Shown here: one piece after another, positions 1-8,410 of the stretch
Layout of the letters: each line of letters starts with the position of its first letter
How positions within the stretch are numbered: the stretch's first letter is position 1
Virus record (IMG/VR): IMGVR_UViG_3300045988_103843
Coordinates: 1 to 38,935 of that record
Source of the DNA: a virus
Length of the DNA: 38,935 bases
Reading direction: 5' to 3' (one strand)
Position numbers and translations under genes: made by a program
Notes under the pieces: generated by a model
Databases searched by the model: none
Seen by the model: the letters and a program-made list of their open reading frames with translations, nothing else
Told to the model about the DNA's origin: nothing

Positions 1-55
1 CGAGATACTGCGCCAGAACTCTTAATCTGTTATTAGAGCTTCGCGACGACGACCG
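1..55. repeat. Terminal direct repeat, copy 1 (identical to 38881-38935). Most likely the overlap of a circular contig.
   Basis: nt 1-55 (cgagatactgcgccagaactcttaatctgttattagagcttcgcgacgacgaccg) recur verbatim as the last 55 nt of the window. Confidence 0.95.
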
Positions 56-458
56 CGGTGTTGTCGATCGTGACGGTTGCCGGAACGGTCGCGCTGGTGG
101 CCACGAGCGTAAGCGTCGAAGTGCTGTCGCAACACTGGTTACGCACGATTGCCGGGATATTGACAGACATGGTGCCAGCGGCTGCCGCAGTGATGGTCTG
201 CGTGGCGCCAGGCACGGCGACGCCGTCTTTGAATAGTGTGACGGTATATGCACCGGCCGCAGTAGGCGTGAACGTGACGCTGGCATCGACATCGAAATAA
301 CCCTGACCCTTGAGCAGGATGCCGTTACCAGACAGGACAGCATTACAGCCGAAACGGCGGACAGTCGTACCGAGCGGGATAGTCGTACCGGCAGCCGTGG
401 ACAGCGTGAGCACGGTACTAGACGGGTCGGCGGTGTAGATTGCAGATTTGCACGACAT
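33..458 (-). CDS. BclA C-terminal-domain-like (C1q/TNF jelly-roll-like) protein without a collagen stalk; accessory gene
   Basis: 141 aa, T/A/V-rich beta-strand pattern (GQGYFDVDASVTFTPTAAGAYTVTLFKDGVAVPGATQT ... VVVAKL) resembling exosporium BclA C-terminal domains. RBS AAAGGA upstream of the ATG. The stop lies inside the terminal repeat. Confidence 0.5.
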   Translation of the reverse strand: MSCKSAIYTADPSSTVLTLSTAAGTTIPLGTTVRRFGCNAVLSGNGILLKGQGYFDVDASVTFTPTAAGAYTVTLFKDGVAVPGATQTITAAAAGTMSVNIPAIVRNQCCDSTSTLTLVATSATVPATVTIDNTAVVVAKL

Positions 459-478
459 GGTTTATCCTTTCTATTGAA

Positions 479-508
479 ATAGGGGCATGGCCTGAGCCAT
501 GCCCCTAT
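479..508 (-). terminator. Perfect 13-bp stem-loop between two accessory genes (weak or no U-tract)
   Basis: ataggggcatggc-ctga-gccatgcccctat, located 40 nt downstream of the stop of the 548-1183 gene. Confidence 0.4.
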
Positions 509-547
509 CTTGCCCAGGCGGAAATGCCTTATCGACCGAATGTTTGT

Positions 548-1183
548 TTAGATGTTTGCAGCACTGCAGCAACCGTTACCGCAGAACGGCGACGGGCCAG
601 CGTTATAGGCGAATGTGTTGGGGTAGCGCACCACTCCGCACATCGCCTGGGACAGCTGGAGCTGGTTGATCTGGTTCTGCATGTCGGCCATGCGATTGCC
701 GGTAATGGTGTCGAGGACCTTCTGCGTCTGCTCGGCCACAGTCTGCTGGATTGCAGCGGTGTTGATCGCGCCGTTGTAATTGACGGAGTCGATACCGCGC
801 TGAGTGGTGCAGCAGCAATCTGCCAGCTGGGACTGCATCTGGTTAAAGCCATTTTGGACAGTCGCACCGAGCTTGCTGGACTGTTCAAGCGTCTGATAGC
901 CGAGACTGCAGATCGCGTTGTCGTTTTGACGCGCGATCGCGGCCTGCTGGTCACTGAGTCGCCCGACTGCATTCTCGAGGCCGTTGAAGTTCATGGCGTT
1001 GCACAGGCCTGCTTCAGTAACTGGCTCACTTGCGGAGCCACGGTTGCCGAAGCCAAAGCCGTTGCCGCCCCAACCGAAGATCATGGCGAAGAGGATGATC
1101 ATACACCACGCGGTATCGCCGCCGAAACCGTTCTCACGGGAAGCGGTCGCGATGTCAGAAAGTGAATACTCAGACATAGCCAT
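548..1183 (-). CDS. Membrane-anchored Gly-, Q/N- and Cys-rich protein of unknown function
   Basis: 211 aa. N-terminal hydrophobic helix (WCMIILFAMIFGW), GWGGNGFGFGNRG tract, Q/N-rich helical middle, Cys clusters (CCC, CGNGCC). RBS AAAGGA before the ATG. Confidence 0.7.
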   Translation of the reverse strand: MAMSEYSLSDIATASRENGFGGDTAWCMIILFAMIFGWGGNGFGFGNRGSASEPVTEAGLCNAMNFNGLENAVGRLSDQQAAIARQNDNAICSLGYQTLEQSSKLGATVQNGFNQMQSQLADCCCTTQRGIDSVNYNGAINTAAIQQTVAEQTQKVLDTITGNRMADMQNQINQLQLSQAMCGVVRYPNTFAYNAGPSPFCGNGCCSAANI

Positions 1184-1255
1184 CTCATTTCCTTTCGTTG
1201 TCGACGTATGCCTATATAGTTCAAGCAGACTCCACAGCCGTACGCTCCGTGCCGT

Positions 1256-1492
1256 CTACTTAAACATCTTTTGGACCATATTGAAATCAATCCCGTTCTC
1301 ACGTGCGATCTGCTCAGGGCTCTTGCCCTTGTTTTGATTGACGAATGCAGCAAACTGCGGGTTTGCCTCCATCATCTTCTCCATAAACTGCTCCGGGTTG
1401 AAGTGTTTGAGCTCCTGGGCAGCGGCCATGGCCGCTTGGAATGGGTTACTTGCTTGCGGTTTCGCGTTGCTCCCGAACAGGCTGCTTGCCAT
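1256..1492 (-). CDS. Small hypothetical protein
   Basis: 78 aa. Strong RBS GAAGGAGG upstream of the ATG at 1492. Overlaps the 3' end of the upstream gene by 47 nt. Confidence 0.6.
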   Translation of the reverse strand: MASSLFGSNAKPQASNPFQAAMAAAQELKHFNPEQFMEKMMEANPQFAAFVNQNKGKSPEQIARENGIDFNMVQKMFK

Positions 1493-1841
1493 TGCCGATC
1501 GCCTCCTTCAGCTTCGCCAAGGTGTCGTTGAACTCTTCACGGGTCACATACTGCTGCGTCTGCGGAGTTGGGTTCTCGATCGGTTGGAAAGCAAAAGTAC
1601 GGATGGTCGGAAAACCGGCACCATCCGTGCTTTTAACATACATGATGTCGTTATCTGTGTCGAACAGGGGCACGACAGAATTGGGAGGCATTTGGTATGC
1701 CTTCGCGCCTTCCATACCAGTGACACGGATTAGCTGCATGTTCTGCTGCATTTGAGCACGTTGCTGAAACTGTTGCATCTGGTCCATTGCAAATTGCTGC
1801 GATGCGCCGATAGGTTGATATGTGTTGTAGTTACCGAACAT
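1446..1841 (-). CDS. Hypothetical Q-rich protein immediately downstream of the endolysin
   Basis: The ORF track gives 1446-1889. An internal ATG at 1841 (MFGNYNTY...) follows GGAGAA and avoids overlap with the endolysin stop at 1859. Confidence 0.65.
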   Translation of the reverse strand: MFGNYNTYQPIGASQQFAMDQMQQFQQRAQMQQNMQLIRVTGMEGAKAYQMPPNSVVPLFDTDNDIMYVKSTDGAGFPTIRTFAFQPIENPTPQTQQYVTREEFNDTLAKLKEAIGNGKQPVREQRETASK

Positions 1842-1858
1842 CATGCTTTCTCCAATCA

Positions 1859-3028
1859 TTAACGACGAGTGCCGTCCGAAACATAACACTGGAGACGGTC
1901 GAGTGCGTAACCATATATACCGGCATAATCATCGCCACCGTAGGTGGAGCCGTCGTCGCAGACTTCGTCCCAGTAGCCAGCATGGGCAACATCCTGAGAA
2001 CGATAGTAGACCTGTTTATAGTCACCATTTGGCGTGATGTAATACATCTGCACGCCGTCAATTGTCTGGCCCCAGATGCCCGCCATGCCATTTACAGAAT
2101 CGTTGTAACTGGCGGCCTGCACCCAGTCAAGCCAGCCGCTTTCCTTGGTGTGAACACGATAGCGAAGCGTTCCGCTATCCACCCAAGCGATGAGCATATC
2201 GTGGGAGCCGTAGGGCATACCCGCGAAACCCTCAGAGTTGGAATCGTTGAAGTTGGTAACGGCATCATTCCACGCGCCGTAGCGGTTGTGCAGCGCATAG
2301 TGGATGTTGACACTCTTGCCCGTGGACTTGGGGAAACTCGTGCGCGTGGCAGAGGTGGAAGGCTGGTACGTGCCTCCGTTGCCGTCCGTAGGTGCGATCG
2401 GCGCGATATAGCCGCTACCCATATAGGTGGCGACATCGCGCTTGAAATCGCCCCAAGTCTTACCGTACTGACGGAAATAACCGATCGGGTCAGTGTGGTC
2501 AGACCCGCCCCAGGTACGTGCGGCTTCATAATGGCTGAGCAGGCGGCTGGTGTCCCAACCATGAGCGCGGAGCGTGTCGCCTGCCCACTTAACAGCCTCG
2601 GTCCATTGCTTGGCGAAATCAGTGGCATTTGTGGCGTGTGCCAGCTCGATGCCAATCGTACACCAATTGCCATTACCGACGTGCCAGCACAGGCGGTTCT
2701 GCGGTACGGTATCGTACACTTTAGAGCCGTCTAGCTCCATGACATCATGCACTGCGTAGGTATCGTCACGCGACCACAAAAGCACGTGATTCCACGCACT
2801 CGCGCCCGGGTTAGCCGTCTCGTGGATCACGAGGTACTGCGGTGACAGCGACCCGTGTCCATTGCTGACGTAATTAGTGATACGCTCGTAGGCATAACTC
2901 GTCGTCGGTACTGTGAGTGCAAGTGCGATAGCGACCGTACTTGCACATAATGCCAATCGTCGAGTGAGGTGAGGCTTAGATAGATATCCAGCAACGCGCA
3001 TATTTGCCTTGATACCCAAATTACTCAC
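1859..3028 (-). CDS. Endolysin: N-acetylmuramoyl-L-alanine amidase (Amidase_2/PGRP fold) with an N-terminal signal/anchor segment and three ChW-like C-terminal repeats
   Basis: YLVIHETANPG...WHVGNGNWCTIGIELAH...GGSDHTDP amidase motifs. Hydrophobic N-terminus RRLALCASTVAIALALTVPTTSYA. C-terminal repeats of the Y.xH....GW..W....G.AG type. The start is uncertain: GTG at 3028 or ATG at 3001. Confidence 0.88.
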   Translation of the reverse strand: MSNLGIKANMRVAGYLSKPHLTRRLALCASTVAIALALTVPTTSYAYERITNYVSNGHGSLSPQYLVIHETANPGASAWNHVLLWSRDDTYAVHDVMELDGSKVYDTVPQNRLCWHVGNGNWCTIGIELAHATNATDFAKQWTEAVKWAGDTLRAHGWDTSRLLSHYEAARTWGGSDHTDPIGYFRQYGKTWGDFKRDVATYMGSGYIAPIAPTDGNGGTYQPSTSATRTSFPKSTGKSVNIHYALHNRYGAWNDAVTNFNDSNSEGFAGMPYGSHDMLIAWVDSGTLRYRVHTKESGWLDWVQAASYNDSVNGMAGIWGQTIDGVQMYYITPNGDYKQVYYRSQDVAHAGYWDEVCDDGSTYGGDDYAGIYGYALDRLQCYVSDGTRR

Positions 3029-3051
3029 CCTTTCTAATAGTATTACCGTTG

Positions 3052-3264
3052 TTACTCATTCGAAGCCTTCGCAGTGGCGTGCGATACGCCGATAAGCGAG
3101 CCCACGAGGGTGCCGGTCGCAGTGATGACCGTCACGGCGATACTGGTGAATTCCCACCCGCACGCAGTGCCGACGGTACCGACGAACGTCGCGGCCGCCG
3201 GAAGTGCAACGAGGCCTGTCCACTTAAGAACATTATACGCCTTGTCAGGGATGATGTACTGCAT
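3052..3264 (-). CDS. Holin (Dp-1-family-like, two TM segments)
   Basis: 70 aa, MQYIIPDKAYNVLKWTGLVALPAAATF... plus a second hydrophobic segment. RBS AAGGAG. Lies directly upstream of the endolysin. Confidence 0.8.
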   Translation of the reverse strand: MQYIIPDKAYNVLKWTGLVALPAAATFVGTVGTACGWEFTSIAVTVITATGTLVGSLIGVSHATAKASNE

Positions 3265-3273
3265 AATTGCTCC

Positions 3274-3606
3274 TTATTCCTGGTGTGCTTCCATGATCTC
3301 ATTATACATATGTGTACCAGGCCCATTGAGACCAAGTTCATCATGGTAATGATGGTAAATGTCGTCAACCTGTTGTTTATCGGCCGCGGAACACGGATGG
3401 CCTTCTATGACGAATCGCCGGTGTAGATCTTCGAGCCGGTAAAACAACAGCTCACCGAGCATTACACGATTTTGTGTGCGTTCTTCATGTTCACGACGCG
3501 ATATGTTATACAGCTGCCCGGTGTTTGTTTTGATTGCATTCAACAGCCAACCAATTATCGTACCCATAATTGTGGTCACAACAGTTGTGGTCATATAGTT
3601 AAACAT
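3274..3606 (-). CDS. N-terminally membrane-anchored protein upstream of the holin (possible lysis accessory)
   Basis: The ATG at 3606 is preceded by AGAGG (the track start at 3630 is TTG). TM segment TTTVVTTIMGTIIGWLL followed by a charged His-rich soluble part. Confidence 0.6.
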   Translation of the reverse strand: MFNYMTTTVVTTIMGTIIGWLLNAIKTNTGQLYNISRREHEERTQNRVMLGELLFYRLEDLHRRFVIEGHPCSAADKQQVDDIYHHYHDELGLNGPGTHMYNEIMEAHQE

Positions 3607-3704
3607 AAAATACCTCTTAGACGAGAACAATGACTGTGCTGCCCCTTTACGAAGCCCTCAACGATCATGTTGCAAAAGACCTTGGACTCGATCGTGGATA
3701 TGGA

Positions 3705-4535
3705 TTACTTGTTGGGCTCACGGTTGATCGGCTCCGCGTAAATCCAGGTGACGGTGCCGTTGAGCCCGTTGGCGCTCGTATGGGTGGATACGCCGGCGTA
3801 GACGTACAAGTGATCGTCGTCGGTGGTTTTGCTGGGAATCCAAATCTGCCCGATGTCGTTGCTCTGTCTATGCACGAGCGCATTATAAAAACTGAACTCC
3901 GGCCTGAATTCGCGCGGGATGACCTCTGGAATCTTCCACGGTGCCCCCGGGTCTACTTGGCTGATGTCGATGAGCGTGAGTGTCGCTATGCCGCCTCTGG
4001 CGTAGAATATTACCTGACCGTAGTTTTTATCGTAATAAAGCCAGTAGAACGAGTCCTGAAATACTGATTCCCCGACGGACTTGAGCGAGGCCACTGGGTC
4101 AAAGAGTGCCACGGGCGTGCCGATACTAATGCCGTTTAGTGGGATACGCCAGAGTTTGAGGTCGTTAGAGGTCGTCGCTGGGTCTGCAGCCGTTCCCGTA
4201 CTGGGCGTGCCCTTGATGACGACAGGTGTGATGCTCTCGACGCCGGCGCGTGTCTTCGCATAACGCGCCACTACCAGGTCGTTACGCTTCTGTCCCTGTG
4301 TGCCGGACTGAATGGTCAAAGAGGTCGCCGCCTGGTTCCAAAAGCGCTTGCCGCCGACCATGCCGACACCTGTGCCGAGCGTCGCGTTGTTCGCGCTCGC
4401 CATCGTGAGCTTGAAATTGTCGCCATAATCAAGCACGCAATCAGCCTTGCCGATAGTCGCGATGTTCAATGCCGACAGGTCGTCCGAGCTGATGTGCTTG
4501 GTGCCGGTCATGCCGTCAACAATCTCGAATGCCAT
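3705..4535 (-). CDS. Putative tail fibre / receptor-binding accessory protein
   Basis: 276 aa with RBS GAAGGAG. Lies between the collagen-like fibre genes and the lysis cassette. No recognisable catalytic motif. Confidence 0.55.
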   Translation of the reverse strand: MAFEIVDGMTGTKHISSDDLSALNIATIGKADCVLDYGDNFKLTMASANNATLGTGVGMVGGKRFWNQAATSLTIQSGTQGQKRNDLVVARYAKTRAGVESITPVVIKGTPSTGTAADPATTSNDLKLWRIPLNGISIGTPVALFDPVASLKSVGESVFQDSFYWLYYDKNYGQVIFYARGGIATLTLIDISQVDPGAPWKIPEVIPREFRPEFSFYNALVHRQSNDIGQIWIPSKTTDDDHLYVYAGVSTHTSANGLNGTVTWIYAEPINREPNK

Positions 4536-4539
4536 GGTA

Positions 4540-4770
4540 CTACTCCTTCGCGTTGCTCATGAATTGCTGGAACTCGCCATCCTGCTTGGCGGCCAGCTTC
4601 TTGTACTCGTCAGTGCAGGACTTGCACAGAAGCCTGCTCGCCTTGCTGCCGTACTGGTCGAAGCGCTCGACCTCACGCCAGTCTGCCGATGCTGCACTAT
4701 TCGCAGCGAGGTATGCATCCTCACCACAGCGGTCGCATACGTAGTGGGTGTAGTTCTCGGTCTTTGACAT
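4540..4770 (-). CDS. Small CxxC...CxxC zinc-ribbon-like protein
   Basis: 76 aa. CDRC at the N-terminus and CKSC near the middle. RBS AAGGAG. Confidence 0.6.
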   Translation of the reverse strand: MSKTENYTHYVCDRCGEDAYLAANSAASADWREVERFDQYGSKASRLLCKSCTDEYKKLAAKQDGEFQQFMSNAKE

Positions 4771-4779
4771 GTCTTCTCC

Positions 4780-5466
4780 TTACTTCGTGCGGAGCCACGT
4801 ATGCGGCCCTACGCTCGGTTGCCTCGTCCACGTACCACCGACATCGTTCGGGTTAAACGAGCCATCTGTCTCCAGGTACTCACCGACACGATGGGCCATC
4901 AGCCACGTATCGTTGGGGTCACTGGAATCGAAAATATGTTGCCACGGCCCCCATGAGGAATTCGAGGTGCCATTGCGCCAATATATGTCGCGGCCACTCA
5001 CTGCCACCTGCTTCGGATAACCGCCAGAGTCGTCGCCCCACGGGACGAAGGTGATGAGCGTTGCGAAGGTCTCGCTGCTCGAAACTCCGATAACACGCGC
5101 GGACTTGAATTCGATCACTGTCTCATGCCCGTAATTCGACATATACCAGCTCGGCGGCCGGTTGTCGTTGCGTGTGTCCTTGATCTCGCCGCCGCTCGGC
5201 CCCTGCGGGCCTGTCGGCCCCTGCGGCCCGGTAGCACCTTTAGGTCCCTGGATGCCCTGAGGCCCCTGCGAACCTGCCGGGCCGGTGGGTCCTGTCGGCC
5301 CTGGCTTGCCTGTGGGGCCTTGCGGTCCTGTGGCTCCTGTCTCGCCTTTAGGGCCTTGCGGACCTATCGGGCCAGTCGCACCACGTGCACCCGTGGCACC
5401 CTGCGGGCCAGTGGCACCGGTGTCGCCTTTTGGGCCCTTGATGTTGCCTACAAGGTATCTCGCCAT
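4780..5466 (-). CDS. Collagen-like tail fibre protein (about 30 G-X-Y triplets plus a globular C-terminal domain)
   Basis: [34 protein letters not shown]... followed by a W/Y-rich C-terminal domain. Confidence 0.85.
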   Translation of the reverse strand: MARYLVGNIKGPKGDTGATGPQGATGARGATGPIGPQGPKGETGATGPQGPTGKPGPTGPTGPAGSQGPQGIQGPKGATGPQGPTGPQGPSGGEIKDTRNDNRPPSWYMSNYGHETVIEFKSARVIGVSSSETFATLITFVPWGDDSGGYPKQVAVSGRDIYWRNGTSNSSWGPWQHIFDSSDPNDTWLMAHRVGEYLETDGSFNPNDVGGTWTRQPSVGPHTWLRTK

Positions 5467-5468
5467 GA

Positions 5469-7604
5469 TTACTCACCTATCTCGTAATAAAGCTCGCCCG
5501 TAGTTTTGTCGTATGAGAGCGGCGGAGCCGTCGCCCCGTCCGCCACATGCGACCAGAGGTTGCCATCGGAATCGACCGTCAGTGAGAAGAACCCAGAAAG
5601 CGGGGCAGTGACACCGGAATCACCGCGGTCGCCTTTCTCACCCTTCGGGCCCTGGATACCCTGCGGCCCTCGTTCGCCTTGCTCACCCTTGACGCCCTGC
5701 GGGCCTGTCGCACCGGTTGCGCCTCGCGCTCCGGTGGCACCAGTAGCTCCTGTATCTCCCTTCGGGCCTTGTGGGCCAGTGGGACCTGTGGCTCCCTTGG
5801 GGCCTTGCGGTCCCGTAGCGCCAGCCACGCCTGTAGCACCAATCGGGCCTTGCGCGCCCATCGGGCCTTGTGCGCCCTTTACGCCGGTCGCACCGCTCAT
5901 GTCGGCAATAAGCGAATAGCCGTCTGCCGTTTTCACATACAGCTCGGCGTTATGCGGGTCTTCGACATTCGAACTGATCACAACAAAGCCGCCGACCTTC
6001 ACGCCGTCCGTCTTCCATCCAGCCTGCATCGCGCTGTAGCTGGCGTACACCTTCGAGATTGAAAAACCCTCGCCAGTGTCGCCTTTCTCGCCCTTGGGAC
6101 CTTGGACACCCTGCGGGCCACGCGGTCCGGTCTCGCCTTGGATACCTTGGGGGCCTTGCTTTCCCTGCACGCCCTGCGGGCCTTGCTCACCGGTCTCGCC
6201 CTTCGGCCCCTGCGGCCCGGTAGCACCCTTGGGACCTTGCGGTCCCGTCTCGCCTTGCGGTCCCGTCTCGCCTTTTATGCCCTGCGGACCTTGGGGACCG
6301 CGTTCGCCAGTTGCTCCTGTCTCACCCTTAGGGCCTTGGATACCGGTGGCACCGCGTGGGATACCGAGCGAGAGTGTCTTGATCAGCCTATCGCCTGATA
6401 GCGATGCTGTGGCGTCCGCACCCTCTGTGAGCGTAGACACCTTACCCATGACGATATCTGCCTGTGCCCACGTCTGGAGCGAATTCGACGCATCCGTTAC
6501 AGCCTTGTCGGCCTTGACCTCCACGGCCTTGAGCGATTCCGCATCGACCTCCGCACTGAACGTGTAGTTCTCGAGCTTCAGGCCATTTCCGGCAAAGTAG
6601 GCATGGCCTCCGCCACCACTATCGGTCGCGCTGGATGAATTCTTCGTCGTGGTCTCACTGCCGACCTCGTATTTGTATGTCGCCACACCCCGCGAGACCT
6701 GTACGATCTTCTTCACCACGGTAGCGCTGACGATCTTACCATGCGCGTTGTCACGTGCCGAAATGATGTCACCGACATCGACGTCGATGTCCTCGTGTGC
6801 GTCGACTTCGACACTGCCACGGGTCTGGTACTCCTGGAGCTTCTTCTTGCCCTCTTCTTCGAGTTTCGCCGCGTCGGCATTACTGTAGTCGTAGAGTGCG
6901 CATATCTCGTCGACTCCAAACAAACTTTGTGTGTGGCTGATGTTACCTGTTGCGTCCGCATAGAAATGGACAACGACGCGGTTCTCAAGCTCGCCAGTGC
7001 CTGCACATACCAGGTGGTTGACACAGCGATGGACCGTGGTGAGCGTAAAATCGAGTAGATCTGAGTCGACTTTGTCCGCATAATCGACAGCTGGTGGCAG
7101 CGAAAGCTCGACCTTTCCATCAAGGCGACGCATCGATACCTTGCGGCCGTTCGCCTCTGCCAGGGCCTTCAAGCCGCTATAACCGTCCGTGAAACGGTCG
7201 AAGGTGTAGCTAATTGTACTATCATCAGAAGCGACCGAAAACAGCCCCGACAGCCCCATGCGCTCGATAAGAGACGCGAGCACCACGCCGGCCTTTCCAC
7301 TCACAGAAAGATAGTCGCTACCAGAATCAGGGAGCAGGCGCTTACCGGCCAAGATGCCATGCCAGGTACGGCCCGCACACAGAATTGACCCTGTGGCCTC
7401 CCTACCGGCATCGTAGCTCGCTTGGTCGATGACGCCACCGTACTCAGTACCGTCGATGAATACGAGTTGACCCTCGGCAGGCGCCTCGTCGGTGCGTACC
7501 TCGAGCTTCAATGCGTTCTCATCACTGCCGAATGCAAGGTCGAGCTCAAAGTCCTCAATCTCACGGATGTCACCTGCAGCCGTGTCATTTATTACTAAGA
7601 CCAT
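5469..7604 (-). CDS. Tail-associated (Tal-like / ReqiPepy6 gp37-like N-terminus) fibre protein with two collagen-like blocks
   Basis: 711 aa. The N-terminal roughly 400 aa are typical of siphovirus tail-tip proteins. Two long G-X-Y blocks are separated by a globular insert. Lies downstream of Dit. Confidence 0.8.
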   Translation of the reverse strand: MVLVINDTAAGDIREIEDFELDLAFGSDENALKLEVRTDEAPAEGQLVFIDGTEYGGVIDQASYDAGREATGSILCAGRTWHGILAGKRLLPDSGSDYLSVSGKAGVVLASLIERMGLSGLFSVASDDSTISYTFDRFTDGYSGLKALAEANGRKVSMRRLDGKVELSLPPAVDYADKVDSDLLDFTLTTVHRCVNHLVCAGTGELENRVVVHFYADATGNISHTQSLFGVDEICALYDYSNADAAKLEEEGKKKLQEYQTRGSVEVDAHEDIDVDVGDIISARDNAHGKIVSATVVKKIVQVSRGVATYKYEVGSETTTKNSSSATDSGGGGHAYFAGNGLKLENYTFSAEVDAESLKAVEVKADKAVTDASNSLQTWAQADIVMGKVSTLTEGADATASLSGDRLIKTLSLGIPRGATGIQGPKGETGATGERGPQGPQGIKGETGPQGETGPQGPKGATGPQGPKGETGEQGPQGVQGKQGPQGIQGETGPRGPQGVQGPKGEKGDTGEGFSISKVYASYSAMQAGWKTDGVKVGGFVVISSNVEDPHNAELYVKTADGYSLIADMSGATGVKGAQGPMGAQGPIGATGVAGATGPQGPKGATGPTGPQGPKGDTGATGATGARGATGATGPQGVKGEQGERGPQGIQGPKGEKGDRGDSGVTAPLSGFFSLTVDSDGNLWSHVADGATAPPLSYDKTTGELYYEIGE

Positions 7605-8410
7605 GCGGGCTCGCCCTCCTCTTCGTACAAGGTGAGGTCGAACCCAAAAGAGTTATCCCACGAGATTTCAGACGTACCTGCCGGCACGCGCTCGAAGATA
7701 TACTCACCAGACCCCGCGCCGCTGCCTCGGTGTGCCTTGCTGAAAGCATCCATCGTGGTGCCGTCAGCGGCGACCACAGTGACTGTTCGGCGCAGGGGGT
7801 CTATGTCCATGTAACCACCGTCTGGCACAGTCACGTCGACCTGATACAGGTTGTCGGCCAGACGCACAGATGGGTTGACTGCGGGCCCATACACTATGAG
7901 CTTCGCAGGGCTGTCGGTATAACCTGGATTGATCGCATATTGTCGCGGCGTGGTCACGCCGAGGTCGTATGGCAAGTCGTGTGGTAGGTCGAGGAATTCG
8001 TAATCATCCGAGGCACGCACTGGCACGAACGCCGTCGTCGTACCTCTGCGCCATACCCCGTCGAGCAGAACCATTGTTAGCTTCGCAGCGAAGAAATCAT
8101 TGCCGATGTCGTCGACCTCGGAAGCCACGATGAAACAGTGTTGGAACCAACCATCGACGCGGATAGTGCCAGGTGTGCCCTTCTGCATGTCGGAGTCGGC
8201 GCAATGGCGGAACGCGTCCGCCTGCGCCATATCTGCGAAAAACGCCTTGAATGAGACTTTGCGGGCACCACGCGAGGCCGTTGCCAAGGCGCGATACCCG
8301 ATCTTGTAGTCCCATTCGCGGCTGAATAGGTCGTTTGGCTTGCCGACGTAAACGCCGGAATTGAGCTGGATGGCGGCACCCGTGCTAGACTCATATACGA
8401 TATTAAGCAT
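7595..8410 (-). CDS. Distal tail protein (Dit)-like
   Basis: The ATG at 8410 (MLNIVYESS...) overlaps the tape-measure stop by 8 nt. Lies between the TMP and Tal genes. Confidence 0.6.
   Translation of the reverse strand: MLNIVYESSTGAAIQLNSGVYVGKPNDLFSREWDYKIGYRALATASRGARKVSFKAFFADMAQADAFRHCADSDMQKGTPGTIRVDGWFQHCFIVASEVDDIGNDFFAAKLTMVLLDGVWRRGTTTAFVPVRASDDYEFLDLPHDLPYDLGVTTPRQYAINPGYTDSPAKLIVYGPAVNPSVRLADNLYQVDVTVPDGGYMDIDPLRRTVTVVAADGTTMDAFSKAHRGSGAGSGEYIFERVPAGTSEISWDNSFGFDLTLYEEEGEPAWS

Noticed and set aside
1-55. The 55-bp terminal repeat as a genuine physical direct terminal repeat of the virion DNA
   Set aside because: It falls inside the 3' end of a gene and its intergenic flank, with no other end-like features. 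An exact short overlap is what an assembler leaves on a circular or circularly permuted genome. This cannot be settled without read data, so it is reported only as an assembly overlap.
440-1165. 241-aa plus-strand ORF antisense to the 548-1183 gene
   Set aside because: It has an R/A/V/G-rich shadow-frame composition typical of the antisense strand in GC-rich DNA, and no RBS. The minus-strand ORF has an RBS, a TM helix and fits the unidirectional gene order.
4780-6400. Triplet-periodic GGNCCN repeats as a non-coding satellite or a DGR variable region
   Set aside because: They are in frame within long ORFs and encode G-X-Y collagen-like repeats. There is no reverse transcriptase or template repeat anywhere in the genome, so a diversity-generating retroelement is not supported.
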